NCBI GenBank assembly: GCA_030390025.1
Contig: CM059430.1
Location: 3,782,001 to 3,846,000, forward strand
DNA length: 64,000 nucleotides
DNA from: Squalus acanthias
Taxonomy: Eukaryota
Direction of reading: 5' to 3'
Positions 1 to 10,218 of the stretch are shown piece after piece (positions within the stretch are counted from its first letter, which is position 1; every line of letters begins with the position of its first letter). Position numbers and translations under genes: made by a program. The notes below the pieces were generated by a model, which was not told the origin of the DNA, did not search any database, and worked only from the letters and a program-made list of their open reading frames with translations.

Positions 1-260
1 TAATGCATCATTTTAATAAGGTTTTATTCATTTTTATGGTCTGATAAAGCAATTTTCATCTAAAAGAATTACTGTGCAATCACAAAGCATTCCGTGTGAA
101 AAACTAGTTATTATGGAAATTGCGTTATCAGAGAATAATTTTTCGTATAGCAAAATGAGGCCAGACACAAGTGGAAATTTAATAGAAGCGTGGTGCTGAA
201 GTAAGCAACCATATTACGGAGAATGCCAGGCTAATATTTTAGACCAATTTCAGAAGAATT
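1..260. promoter_or_regulatory. Candidate conserved non-coding element or enhancer
   Basis: Repeat-free and AT-rich with homeodomain (TAAT, TTTATGG) and GATA (TGATAA, TTATCA) motifs. Conservation cannot be tested here. Confidence 0.3.
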
Positions 261-1497
261 ATTTTTTAAATTGATTGGCAATATTAATGGAACCTGCCTT
301 TACATGAAATCCCAAACTCCTTCCATTATGTTCCTTCGATTTGTAGCCATTCTTTTTAAATACAGATTTTTTTTTTTACTGAGACCACTACAGATTGCAT
401 TGACTATGCAATTACAGCATTTAAAAAGAGTAATAGTTTCTCTGCACCCTTTTCAAATATGATGAATATTTAAATGTTTCATGAATAACTGAGCGTTTTA
501 ATTAATGGGGTTGTTTTCCATACTTTTTGATGTCACTGTGCCTATCTGGCATCGTTGTGCTATGATTGGTCCAGAAGCCTTTTCAGGTGATATGATGTCG
601 CACTGAGTCCCTGAGGATGATCATTTCCACCCATCAAAATAGAAGCAATTATAAAATACATGTGGATTTGCATTTAGTGCGAGAGACTTTTGGGCTTTAC
701 TGAGTTCCAGTGTCCAGTTTTACTTGTGGGGGAAGGTAGGGGAGTTTCTTTGAGCACTTAAATGTTTTTGCTCCCAGTATTTTATTAAGAATAATGCCCT
801 GAAATAACCGTCTCTATTTACAGCATAATTCTAATGGAAGTTGCAGTATGCCTTTGTCTGGGGCTTTTACACATCTGGGCTCATGGGATAGACCTACAGG
901 TCATGACTCCTTCTACATCATACAAAGAACTAAAAGACAACTTAAGAGTAAAATGCCACATTGTCGCCTGGCAGACTAACAGTTGACTTCTGCATGATAA
1001 AGAATAGCCAGGCACTAACTACAAGACTGAACACATTGGGCAGTCTGAATCCAAAGAGTTTTGGATCCAAGTTCGCTCAATTTCTCAAGTGCAGATCTAT
1101 GTTATTTCAGCCAAGTGCATGTCCACTTTAGGCTCTATTTGCCTCGACTTAACATGCCTACTTCCAGAATCCCAATAGATCAAATTTGAAGTGTTTGACC
1201 AGACACAATTCCATCCAATCAGATTCACATTGGTTCTGTACGCTTCTGATCTCGGCTTTGAATCCATCTCTGCCATGTAAGGGACTGTTACATACAGAGG
1301 AAACAAAATAAATAACAAACCATTTTTACATGGCTGTCACGTGAGTTTCTACGTGGTCATGCTTCTATATCTGTGGAAGTATACTGACATCATTTGGACA
1401 CATGGAACCACTTCCTGTAAAATGTTTTCAACAATCTCTCCCTGGATAAGGTATGGAAACATTTAGGTTGAATAGTAAGCACCGTATATTGCTCTAC

Positions 1498-1605
1498 CTG
1501 TTTCTTTGCTGGGTTCCTTCTCACCCCCACTGTCTTTGTCTTTGGTAGAATCTTCTGCTTCCTGGATGGACTCAATCGGCCCCTCCGCATCTTCGTTGGT
1601 TTCTT
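1498..1605 (-). CDS. ZFHX3: Internal coding exon (108 nt, phase 1-1), probable zinc finger homeobox protein 3 exon 5 homologue; peptide (E)ETNEDAEGPIESIQEAEDSTKDKDSGGEKEPSKET
   Basis: Minus strand reads polypyrimidine tract tttttctcttccttcag, an open purine-rich exon, then donor AG|gtagag. The peptide resembles recalled human ZFHX3 [27 protein letters not shown]. An internal donor G|gtgaga after 1525 gives exactly 81 nt, the recalled human exon length. ZFHX4 is not fully excluded. Confidence 0.72.
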
Positions 1606-1906
1606 CTGAAGGAAGAGAAAAATGTTTTTAAAAAGTGTGCTTCCAAGTGGGCAGCCTGAAGAGGACAGTGAGCTAGACCATGTGCAGAATGGAAATGTCT
1701 AACATATGCTACACGGGGTTCCATTCTGAAATTATGGCCTCAGAACATTGCTGCAACAGTACCTGGGAAGGCGCTACAGAGTATCTAACTTGCTTGTGTC
1801 TGAAACAGCCGGCTTACTTTAAAAATGTACATTTTCACTGACATTTTATGCAGGATGCACTGGAATAGTCGCATTTAAGTTTACCGTAAAAAATCACAGA
1901 ACATTC

Positions 1907-1954
1907 GGGGGGGGGGGGGGGGGGGGGAGGGGGGTGGGGGGGGGAAGGGGGTGG
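1907..1954 (+). repeat. Poly-G tract with G-quadruplex potential
   Basis: About 48 nt of near-pure G. It is the source of the spurious poly-Pro ORF 1835-2023. Confidence 0.85.
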
Positions 1955-2612
1955 TTTGAAATGTGCCCAAATTAAGCTGAATGCCACAAGATTTTGAAAT
2001 GGGAGGCACAGTATAAAGTACACCAGGATACAATTGCTTTTGTTAGTCTACTCATTTCCACATCTGACCTATAGGTGTCACCCTAAGCAAGCAGACGTTC
2101 AAAGTCAACCTGTTTCCCCAGCCGCCCCCGCCCCCGCCCACCCCTAACCTGTGCACATGGTAATAATATACCTCACCATGGTGTCTGGATACCAGGCATG
2201 ATACAAAAAAAACAAACTGCTTTAAAAAGAGAATCTTATAATGCTTTCTGCATGCACCGTTTTGGACCACATCAATTAATCACATTAAAATCTCAGTTTA
2301 AGTGTAGGATTCCAATAGGCAGTCCCTGTGGCGACTTGGATATCTACCTCCTGATGGAATCCATCATATAAAAGATATTTTACCACCTCTTATCCTGCTG
2401 TGCTACATTGATTTTTAATAAGACATTCCTTACTGATCTAACATTCTACTTTCAGCCAGTTTTTTTTTTAAAAAGCAATTTTTAAACCCAAGTTTTTAAA
2501 AAAAAAACAGAGATCAAAGGAAGCAAAAAAATAAATCAGGTTTGGAGAGAAAGCTAAGGTACCTCACATACCGATATCATCAAAAGCTAATACTGTATGA
2601 AGTAACTCAGGA

Positions 2613-2625
2613 AGGTCAAAGGTCA
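2613..2625 (+). promoter_or_regulatory. Perfect nuclear-receptor DR1 element AGGTCA-A-AGGTCA
   Basis: Exact consensus DR1 (COUP-TF, HNF4, RXR, PPAR type) in unique sequence about 1 kb from the exon. Confidence 0.45.
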
Positions 2626-3694
2626 GTTTGGCATCCACATTTCATCTTTAGCTCAGGCCTGTAAAATATCTCCACATCAGCCCCGAATGGGATATTATTC
2701 CTGGAGACCCGAGTCCCCTTCAGTCAGTCCGATTACATTACACTGTGACCACAATAAATAAGCTCTCTTTGCGAAAAGAAACAAAACATTAATTACTTAG
2801 TAAAAAGGCTTTCCTCTCCCACTTGTGAATTTTAACTGCTTTATAATTGTGCCTTCAAAGTAAGGGTAATCTCCAGCCACCTTTTTTTTTTCCAAAACTT
2901 CAATTTTTTTTTGAAAAAAAAAGCTTTGTGGTTATCGAAGTGACACTCCTTGCGCCTTTTTATTGTAATAAGATGAGAAACGACGTGCACGACTGGCAGG
3001 AGTGCGCTCACAGACAATGAGTGCCGGCCTCCATGCTGTGATTCTTTCATGCATAGTACGGGGTGGTTTTTTTTTGATCTTGTGCACCTCTCCTTCTCCA
3101 CACATCTCCCGACTGCTGCAACACATCTACATTTTCCCACAAAACGCTGTGCTTTCTGTTTGAATGTAATCTGCGGCCCCCCTAGCAACTTTCTCTTTGA
3201 AAATAAAATAACTCAAAACAGTAGTTTGCAGGATTGGGGCCTAGTAAATAAGACCATAAAGGTAAGAGCATGAAAGAGAAAGTTACTTAAAAAAAAAACA
3301 AATATAGGCTTTGAAGGTATCAAGCAGAAGGAATGTACCCCAATGGAGTGGACTCTTTTTTTTCATTTTTTTTTGCTGGGTGCATCTTTCTCGTTAGTTC
3401 CTGGTATGTGTTTCAGTTCAAAATAAGAATCCCAGACATGCCTCTCCTTACATCATTACTAAGTCTGACCTTAGACTGACCCCTGGAGCTGTTAGACTAA
3501 TCTAAATGTGAATGAGCACTTTGTGCCAATGCTGTGAAGGGGCCGAATCCAGCAAACAGCAAAACTTTACACATCAACTTAATCACAAACAGCAGTGACT
3601 GGGGGCCCCAGAACAATGACAATCCTCCACTTCCCAAAGAATGAACAGTTTCTTCAATGCTTTAATGTAAGTCCTTATTAAGGACAATATGCAA

Positions 3695-3725
3695 AGTCAG
3701 GTCAGGTCAGGTCGGGTCAGGTTAG
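3695..3725 (+). repeat. (GGTCA)n pentanucleotide tandem repeat, about 6 units
   Basis: agtcaggtcaggtcaggtcgggtcaggttag. Confidence 0.8.
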
Positions 3726-4928
3726 CTGATTGAGATTTTTGCTCATTAAGTTCTCCAGCTGTTCGGTGAGAAAAGAAAGTAAGTATTCTTGAGGTTTCTT
3801 GGTGTTACTTCTGAAGAGCTTAACAGCAGCTGCAACAACCCCAGCACAGATAATCTAACCTGTGTAAACATGATCAGATCGTTCCATCAGAGGAGCCATA
3901 CAGTGACTGTGGATGACCCAACATTGTTTCAATTAAAACACTTTTGTATCTCTCTCTCTGCTGGTATTTCACAGTGCAGCTTTTGATTGCCTCTTCCATC
4001 AGTTTTATGTACGTGCTATCAGGTCTGCAGAGCAAGGCTAGCTGGAGACTAGAATGCAGCGAGCATTACATTATACACAGGGGGGCTCAGTGGTCTGAGA
4101 AGTACATCACATGGGGTGAAGTGTAGGGGGGGGGGGCGGTGGGCTTTATGAAGCAAGTAATATATTACTGGTGCTGGAGGGTGGGGAGTTGTGGCATGGA
4201 ATCACAAGTGCTTTACACAAGACATTCTCTGTAAATTAAACTGCGAGTATGAGAAAGTTGTACGAATTCACAACTGCTTTTCTAAGAAGTTCATTGGGTT
4301 AAAAGAGATAAATCAACAGACACTTTTGATGTGAGCAAATCTGAAACTCCATTTGATCTAAAAATCAGATAAGTTTTTTTTAAAAGTCTGAATTTGGGCC
4401 TGAGTTGAAACATGTCAAGTTGAAACGGCCTGTCCCTTTATATTTTAAAATGGCAATACAGAAATGCTGCTCCACCAGTCACGCTCAATCTATTTTGTGA
4501 TTGTCTTTAGTAAAGGTGGAGTTAAAACTTGATCTGACTCCAGTCTTAACGACAACTTTAGCATCCTTGCCATTTTGCAACAGATGCTGCATTTGCAACA
4601 GTAATGTTCTCTGGGACTGCTCGACTGTTCATTGAGATAATGGGGTGGCAGGATGCAGGGTTCATGTTCCCCGATTCCTAAAGTTCCTCATTTCAGCCGT
4701 ACAGCAAGAGGGAGATGTTGAGCAAAATTAGATGTTTCTGTACAGAGAGGGAAGGGAAGCTGGAGTCATAGGCACCTCAACCCGCTCTCATACAAGGTTC
4801 TATCGATCTGGTCCACATTGGGAAATGCCTGGCAACAGATCAGCTGCCCACCATCTCAGCTGGAGTACAGAATAGCAAAAAAATGTAAATAGCTTAGAAA
4901 GGACAAAATCAAAACTGAACAATAACTA

Positions 4929-5152
4929 TGATGTGGAGATGCCGGTGTTGGACTGGGGTGGACAAAAGTGAGAAGTCGCACAACACCAGGTTATAGTCCA
5001 ACAGTTTTATTTGAAATCACAAGCTTTCGGAGCGGCTGCTCCTTCGTCGGGTGAAGTGACTTCACCTGACGAAGGAGCAGCGCTCCGAAAGCTTGTGATT
5101 TCAAATAAAACTGTTAGACTATAACCTGGTGTTGTGCGACTTCTCACTTTTG
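4929..5152. mobile_element. Penelope-like element terminal repeat (pLTR) as an inverted fold-back pair, flanked by a target-site duplication
   Basis: Arms 4963-5057 and 5059-5152 are reverse complements with 3 differences. Direct repeat tgaacaataacta lies at 4916-4928 and 5151-5163. Each arm has a hammerhead-like core followed by AATAAA. Confidence 0.85.
5062..5098 (+). ncRNA. Minimal type I hammerhead ribozyme motif (Penelope-associated variant)
   Basis: tcac-CTGACGA-a-GGAGC(agc)GCTCC-GAAA-gctt-gtga: catalytic boxes, a 5-bp stem II, palindromic AAGCTT in place of stem III, and tcac/gtga as stem I. Confidence 0.7.
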
Positions 5153-5519
5153 AACAATAACTACTCACACATCAATATATAAATGACATTAGAAGTAGGA
5201 ATTATTAAAGGCCTATAAATTAGTACTGTAAAGCCACAATTTAAAAAGGCTACCGCTATCAAATGGCCTCTATACTGCACTAGGTTCAAACTCAAAGCAG
5301 TGCGAGTTAGTCTTCTGGTGAGGGTCTCACGTCTCAGGGCTTCAGCATGCTTGGTGGCCTCCAGAGTTATACTGCCACTTGTGCATTGATATGCACCCAA
5401 AACTACCTTGCAATGATGCTAAACTCACAGTGTAATTGCACCTTTAGTCTCATCATAAACAACATGCCTTAAAAGCATAGAAAAGATGGCCATCTTTCAA
5501 ATAGTCAGTTCAAAAGTCT

Positions 5520-5930
5520 TCTTGATGCGAGACATTAGCTTTTCACCTCTGCAACATGGGTTCAAATCCAGCCCAGGTGAATGGGATGAAAGTCTCCTCT
5601 GGCTGCAAAAACTACTACTTGAAATGGGTTTGGACAGCCTCAATTCAGTTCCTGGTGCAAATGGGCCCAAGCACAAAACTGTCCCAGATCCAGCACAAAT
5701 TAGCAATCTCACTCAGAAAGGTCATAAATGGTGTGGGATGTGGAAAAAATGTCACACTAGTGCAGCAGAGTGTGCTCTTCTGCGGTTGGAGCCGAGGCAT
5801 GTCACTGAAGCAAAGTAGCAGGAGCTTTAATCTCCATCTGGCTCTGTTAAACCTGAGCGAGGTGTGCTTGGTGCCAACAACGTGTGCCTAAAATGGGAAT
5901 AGGACCATGCCCCAGCCCCAACATCTCTCA
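5520..5930 (+). mobile_element. LF-SINE-like tRNA-derived SINE, degenerate
   Basis: gcttttcacctct..gggttcaaatccagcccaggt (B-box)..tgaaatgggtt..ttcagttcctggtg..cacaaaac follows the recalled LF-SINE consensus. A related copy is at 52920-53240. Confidence 0.6.
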
Positions 5931-6734
5931 GCGCAAAAATCATTTTACCATTTTTTTTAAAATTACAAACTGAATTGCTGAAAAGAATCTATTTAAACAT
6001 TTATTGTACCTTTTGGTCACCCTTGTGTATCAAATGTTGAACTGAGAGTCACTATAAGTTTTTTATGTTGATATCTGATTAAAGGCAGAGGGTGGGAGGA
6101 ACTAGAGGAGAAAATGTAAAAAGGAGGGAGAAACAGGAAAATGAAGTGACTGGAAACTGTTGATTGTTTTTTGAGGCATTTGGTCAAAGTCGAGCATCCG
6201 AGCACACAGGTGAAAATGCTCAATTGTGGACAGTGGTTTTCTTTCACATCTACATTTCTAAGTGACCTATTTTATCACTGTGTTGACTAATCCTCCTACC
6301 ATTAATTCACAGAGTACCTGCTTTATTTGCAGTGCCTTACTGTTTTTCTTAGTCAGATCATTTTCAGCTGACTTAATCAGACATGTTGGAAAGTCTCAAA
6401 GAACAAAAACAAGACATCGGAGTGTAAGCGTACTTCATGGAATTTTGTCAAAGCACCCTCGCCAGATTATCTGATGAGAGGTAACCCTTCACGAGTATCA
6501 CATAAATTGGCATGGTTATATATTTTTTTTTAATATAGAGGTATTTAATTAATTTGGGATGCTATCGACTTAGGTTGAATTCACGTTGCACTGGTTACCA
6601 ACTTTGGCACCTAACTTTGTGAATAATACAGGTCTGCCAGCGAATTCCAGAAAGGAATGAGCTAGTTGACTACAATTCAGAAATCGTGAGATCAAGTTAA
6701 ATGAGTCATTTTCCAGCAAATCCCTGTGAATGGG

Positions 6735-6852
6735 AAATAAAAACGGAAAAGGCTGGAAATGCAAGGCAGGTAGATGAACCAGTCTTTTCCCTTTCAGATG
6801 CTCCTGCATTTCCAGATTTTCCCATTTCAGATTTCCGGCATTTGTGGTTTTT
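6735..6852. mobile_element. Degenerate inverted Penelope pLTR remnant (family of 14115-14233)
   Basis: aaaggctggaaatgc faces gcatttccagatttt, followed by tttcagatttccggcatttg, which matches the 3' part of the 14115 element. Confidence 0.5.
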
Positions 6853-8186
6853 AATCTCTCCACATACAAATACGGCCAATCTGAAGTCTTTCACCAGGAC
6901 TGACACGTATACAAAAACTGAAAAGGAAAATGGGCATTAATTGCAGTTCAAATTTCCTCTTTTTAACAAGGTTTTTCATCCATGTGGAATGCAAGCTGGA
7001 CTAGAGAGTAAACAAAACTCATCCAAATGTACTGAAGACTTCAAGCCAGGGCTGAAAAGAAAAACGTAAAACCACCTCATCAGGCGAGAGTAAATTTTAA
7101 ACATGTGAATGTAACGGGCGGACACGGGGCAGCTTCCAGCACGGAGGGAAAGAAAATGGAAAGATGAGTCACCCCTGGCTCTCTCACACACCTCCCTGTG
7201 GCCAGTCGCAGAGGGCTGGGAGAATGGGACTTGTCTGCCTTTCACCTCAGGGTGCTGAGTGCGTGATGCACGAGAAGGGGAAATAAAGGAGACAATAAAA
7301 GAGGGGACCGCTTCAATAAAAAATAAAAAGATGCAAGAGTATGGGCAGCCCTTTTCTGCGCCAAGTAACAAGAGACTTTCGAGGAAGGTGATGGACATTG
7401 AGGCTGAATTCTACGCTGTGCAAAGGGATGCTGGGATTACTGCTGAGGAAATTTCGCAAATGCTTATTTTAAAATAATACTGATGTGCAGCTGTATCATC
7501 CCACAGAAGGCAGCTATCAAAATCTGAGGACAAGTTAGAACCTACAGCAAAAACCTCTGGCCACATGGTTTGTGTGAATTAAAAAAAAAATCCCAGCACT
7601 GTGACACTGGCTGAATTGGCCAGCGTGTACATTTGCAGCCACACAGATACACCACGCAAAGCTGATAGCTTATTTTGACCAGGACTGCAAGGAGGATATT
7701 TCATATCTCTTCCTGCAGGCTATTTTCTACACAATACGCGTGAAACACTAGCCAACGGCTGACATCGCTCAGCTACTTGAAGTGCGCTTAGGGCCGAGGA
7801 CATTAACACTGTCATGAACTGCAATCAAATCATGTTGAAATATTCATCAGTGGATTGGAAAATGCAATGGTACAGATATGGCAAGAGAGGAGGTAACAGG
7901 ACACCTATTTTCCACGATGATGGAAATATCAGCCCATTCTGAATATGTACAACCCAGAAAACATATTGATTTTTCATTTGGAATAAAAATCACCAACCTG
8001 AAACCGTCAGATCCCTTTGTTAATAGCTCATCCCTTGTAGACGCAGTCCACCACAAACACATTTTAATTGTGAAGCATGCACTCGGATAAACAACTAACA
8101 AAAAGGGCAAGCCGTCCTAGAGACTTCTGTTTTCCAAATCCACTTTTCAAAAAAAAACAATCAACCTTCATTACTAATGCAATAAC

Positions 8187-8908
8187 GGTCCAGGATTTAC
8201 CGGAGCGGGGCATCTCGCGGTGGACCCCGTTTCTTGGATTTTTTTTCCTCACTCTCCAGCTTTTAAAAATTTTTGCGCCGCAAATTGCTGGAAGTGCGAG
8301 CTGATAACGGCGTGCGGCGCGCGGTCAACAGGGGGACCGGCGACCTCGGTGAACGACAGGGCCAACTGTCTATCTCCTTTAACCAATGAGATTTAAGGAT
8401 CGAGAAAGAAACAGGAACGACAGAGAAGGAAATGGGGTGAATTAGAGTCAAACTAGATACAGAAAGAAAAGTAGAGAGGGAAAGAAAGATCGGATTAAGA
8501 GAGAGAAAGAAAAAAAAAGGGATGGAAAGGAAAAGTAAGAATTTTTTTTTTAAAAACCCTCTGGGAACAACTTACTACCTGCAGGAGTGAGACCTTACTG
8601 TTTCAATTGGTCCCTTTCTGGGCCGGGGAGGTTGAGTGGCATTGCAGGAACATAAATCTATATATCTAGTCATTAAAAGGGTCCTTATGTCATTAGGTAC
8701 CAGCCTAACTTTCTGCGGTGAGTTTAATTCATTTTAACTGTGCAAATGCAGCAATTTCTCGAAACTCACAGGGAGGTTGAGCAGCGCAAATCGTCCTGCA
8801 ATTTGCAACTCACGGCATAGCTCTTCCGCCACAAATTGCTGGGCGATTGACACACTAATAACAGTGCGCGCATTGAACTCGCGTTAATTTCCCAGCACAT
8901 TCTGGCCC
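8187..8908. mobile_element. Harbinger-type MITE, about 720 bp
   Basis: CpG-rich ends ggtccaggattt and acattctggccc resemble the GGC..ATTT termini of the other Harbinger copies. Subterminal motif caaattgctgg occurs near both ends. No clear TSD. Confidence 0.55.
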
Positions 8909-9184
8909 ATTATTCTGTATTTTTAAACATGGCATGTGCTTTGTTCATCCGTATAGCATTCGCTTAATGCTGCAGTGTCCCGAGGATGGTGAGATTCTAA
9001 TTATATTCACCGTAAAATGATAACTGATTGTACCGTTTGTCACAAAGCGACACGTTTGTGCGGACATTTTCTGCAAAGCGTTCGCCATGATAGGGAGGAA
9101 ATGGTTATGTCAGGGTTAGAACTAGAGGCCGATCTATTCATCACCACGACATCCGTGAACCTCTGATGTGTGAAAAGCCATATA

Positions 9185-9490
9185 CTAGTGCATTCAGACC
9201 AGAAGGTTCCATTTTCGGCCTGTGCTGCATCAGCTGAAATTAGCCAAGGCAGCATTTGCTGAGTGACACTTCCCCTCAGCACCCCCAAACCAGGAAGGGG
9301 AATAAAATGGCCAGGATTACCACTCTTGACAGCTCTCTTGTGACCTTCCTGGCTCAGCTCTGATCCCCTCTATAGTCAAACAGTTTACTGACACTCGCAC
9401 GTCAAAAATGGGCACTTGAGGGGGCTCCTGGCACCCATGAAACTGTACCCCAAACAGGAGTCTGCAGGAGAGAAGGGGAGAAAATTGGAA
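9185..9490 (+). mobile_element. Ancient tRNA-derived SINE, AmnSINE2-like
   Basis: cagaccagaaggttcc..tgtgctgcatcagctgaaattagccaaggc..cctcagcacccc. Homologous to copies near 22120, 27000 and 30690. Confidence 0.5.
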
Positions 9491-10218
9491 GAGAGAAAAA
9501 AGGAAAAAGCTCAGTTTTTTCCAAAACCTTTATGATAAAAGTTGTGGTGTGGAGCCTCTCTGGCTGGGAGTGCAGATCAGAGAATCAGAGGTGGAGGTGA
9601 ACACACCTGGTTCGTCATCTTCCATTTTCTCATCATTTTAATTTTAATGATGGGAAAATTGAGAGTGCTGCATACTAACCTCGGCACCTGATTCTCTGAT
9701 CCATTCTCCCATCGGAGCCTCACAAAATGTACCCTACTGCATAATATCGGCATCAATGCAGCAGGCACGAGATTCTGATTATCCAGCTCAGTCTAGTCAA
9801 GTATTGCCATTCAGAGTGAACCAATGCTTTTGCTGTGTTTGTTATTTCTCACTCTTCCATTCTCCTTTAACATATTCACTATTTCAGTTTATTGATTATT
9901 CAATGATGTTAGGCATTGAGGTTTGCACTTGAGAATGTGTTACCAGAAGGTGAAGATTAAGAACACTGGAGTATTAATTAAACAATATATGACGGCTGTG
10001 TGTACAGCCTTGCCAAAGTGAAGACAGACTCGACACACAAGGACAACAGTGACAATGCAGCTCATATATTACTGAGTCTACATTTGATAGTAACACACAT
10101 AAGGAGATTTCCTCTGTTTGCTAATGTTGTAATCCTTGTATGCATTCTTTATACTCATTTTTATGATTTTGCTACAATTAGTGAAAAAAGGAACCTGGTA
10201 GCCTATTACTGTTACTTC

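Noticed and set aside
1390-1590. ORF MRRGRLSPSRK..
   Set aside because: Alternative frame over the real exon that runs into intron. Splice signals and similarity support a different frame.
1835-2023. Poly-proline ORF
   Set aside because: Artefact of the poly-G tract.
4963-5152. MITE or canonical pre-miRNA interpretation of the hairpin
   Set aside because: The asymmetric extension, 13-bp TSD, hammerhead cores and AATAAA fit a Penelope inverted pLTR better.
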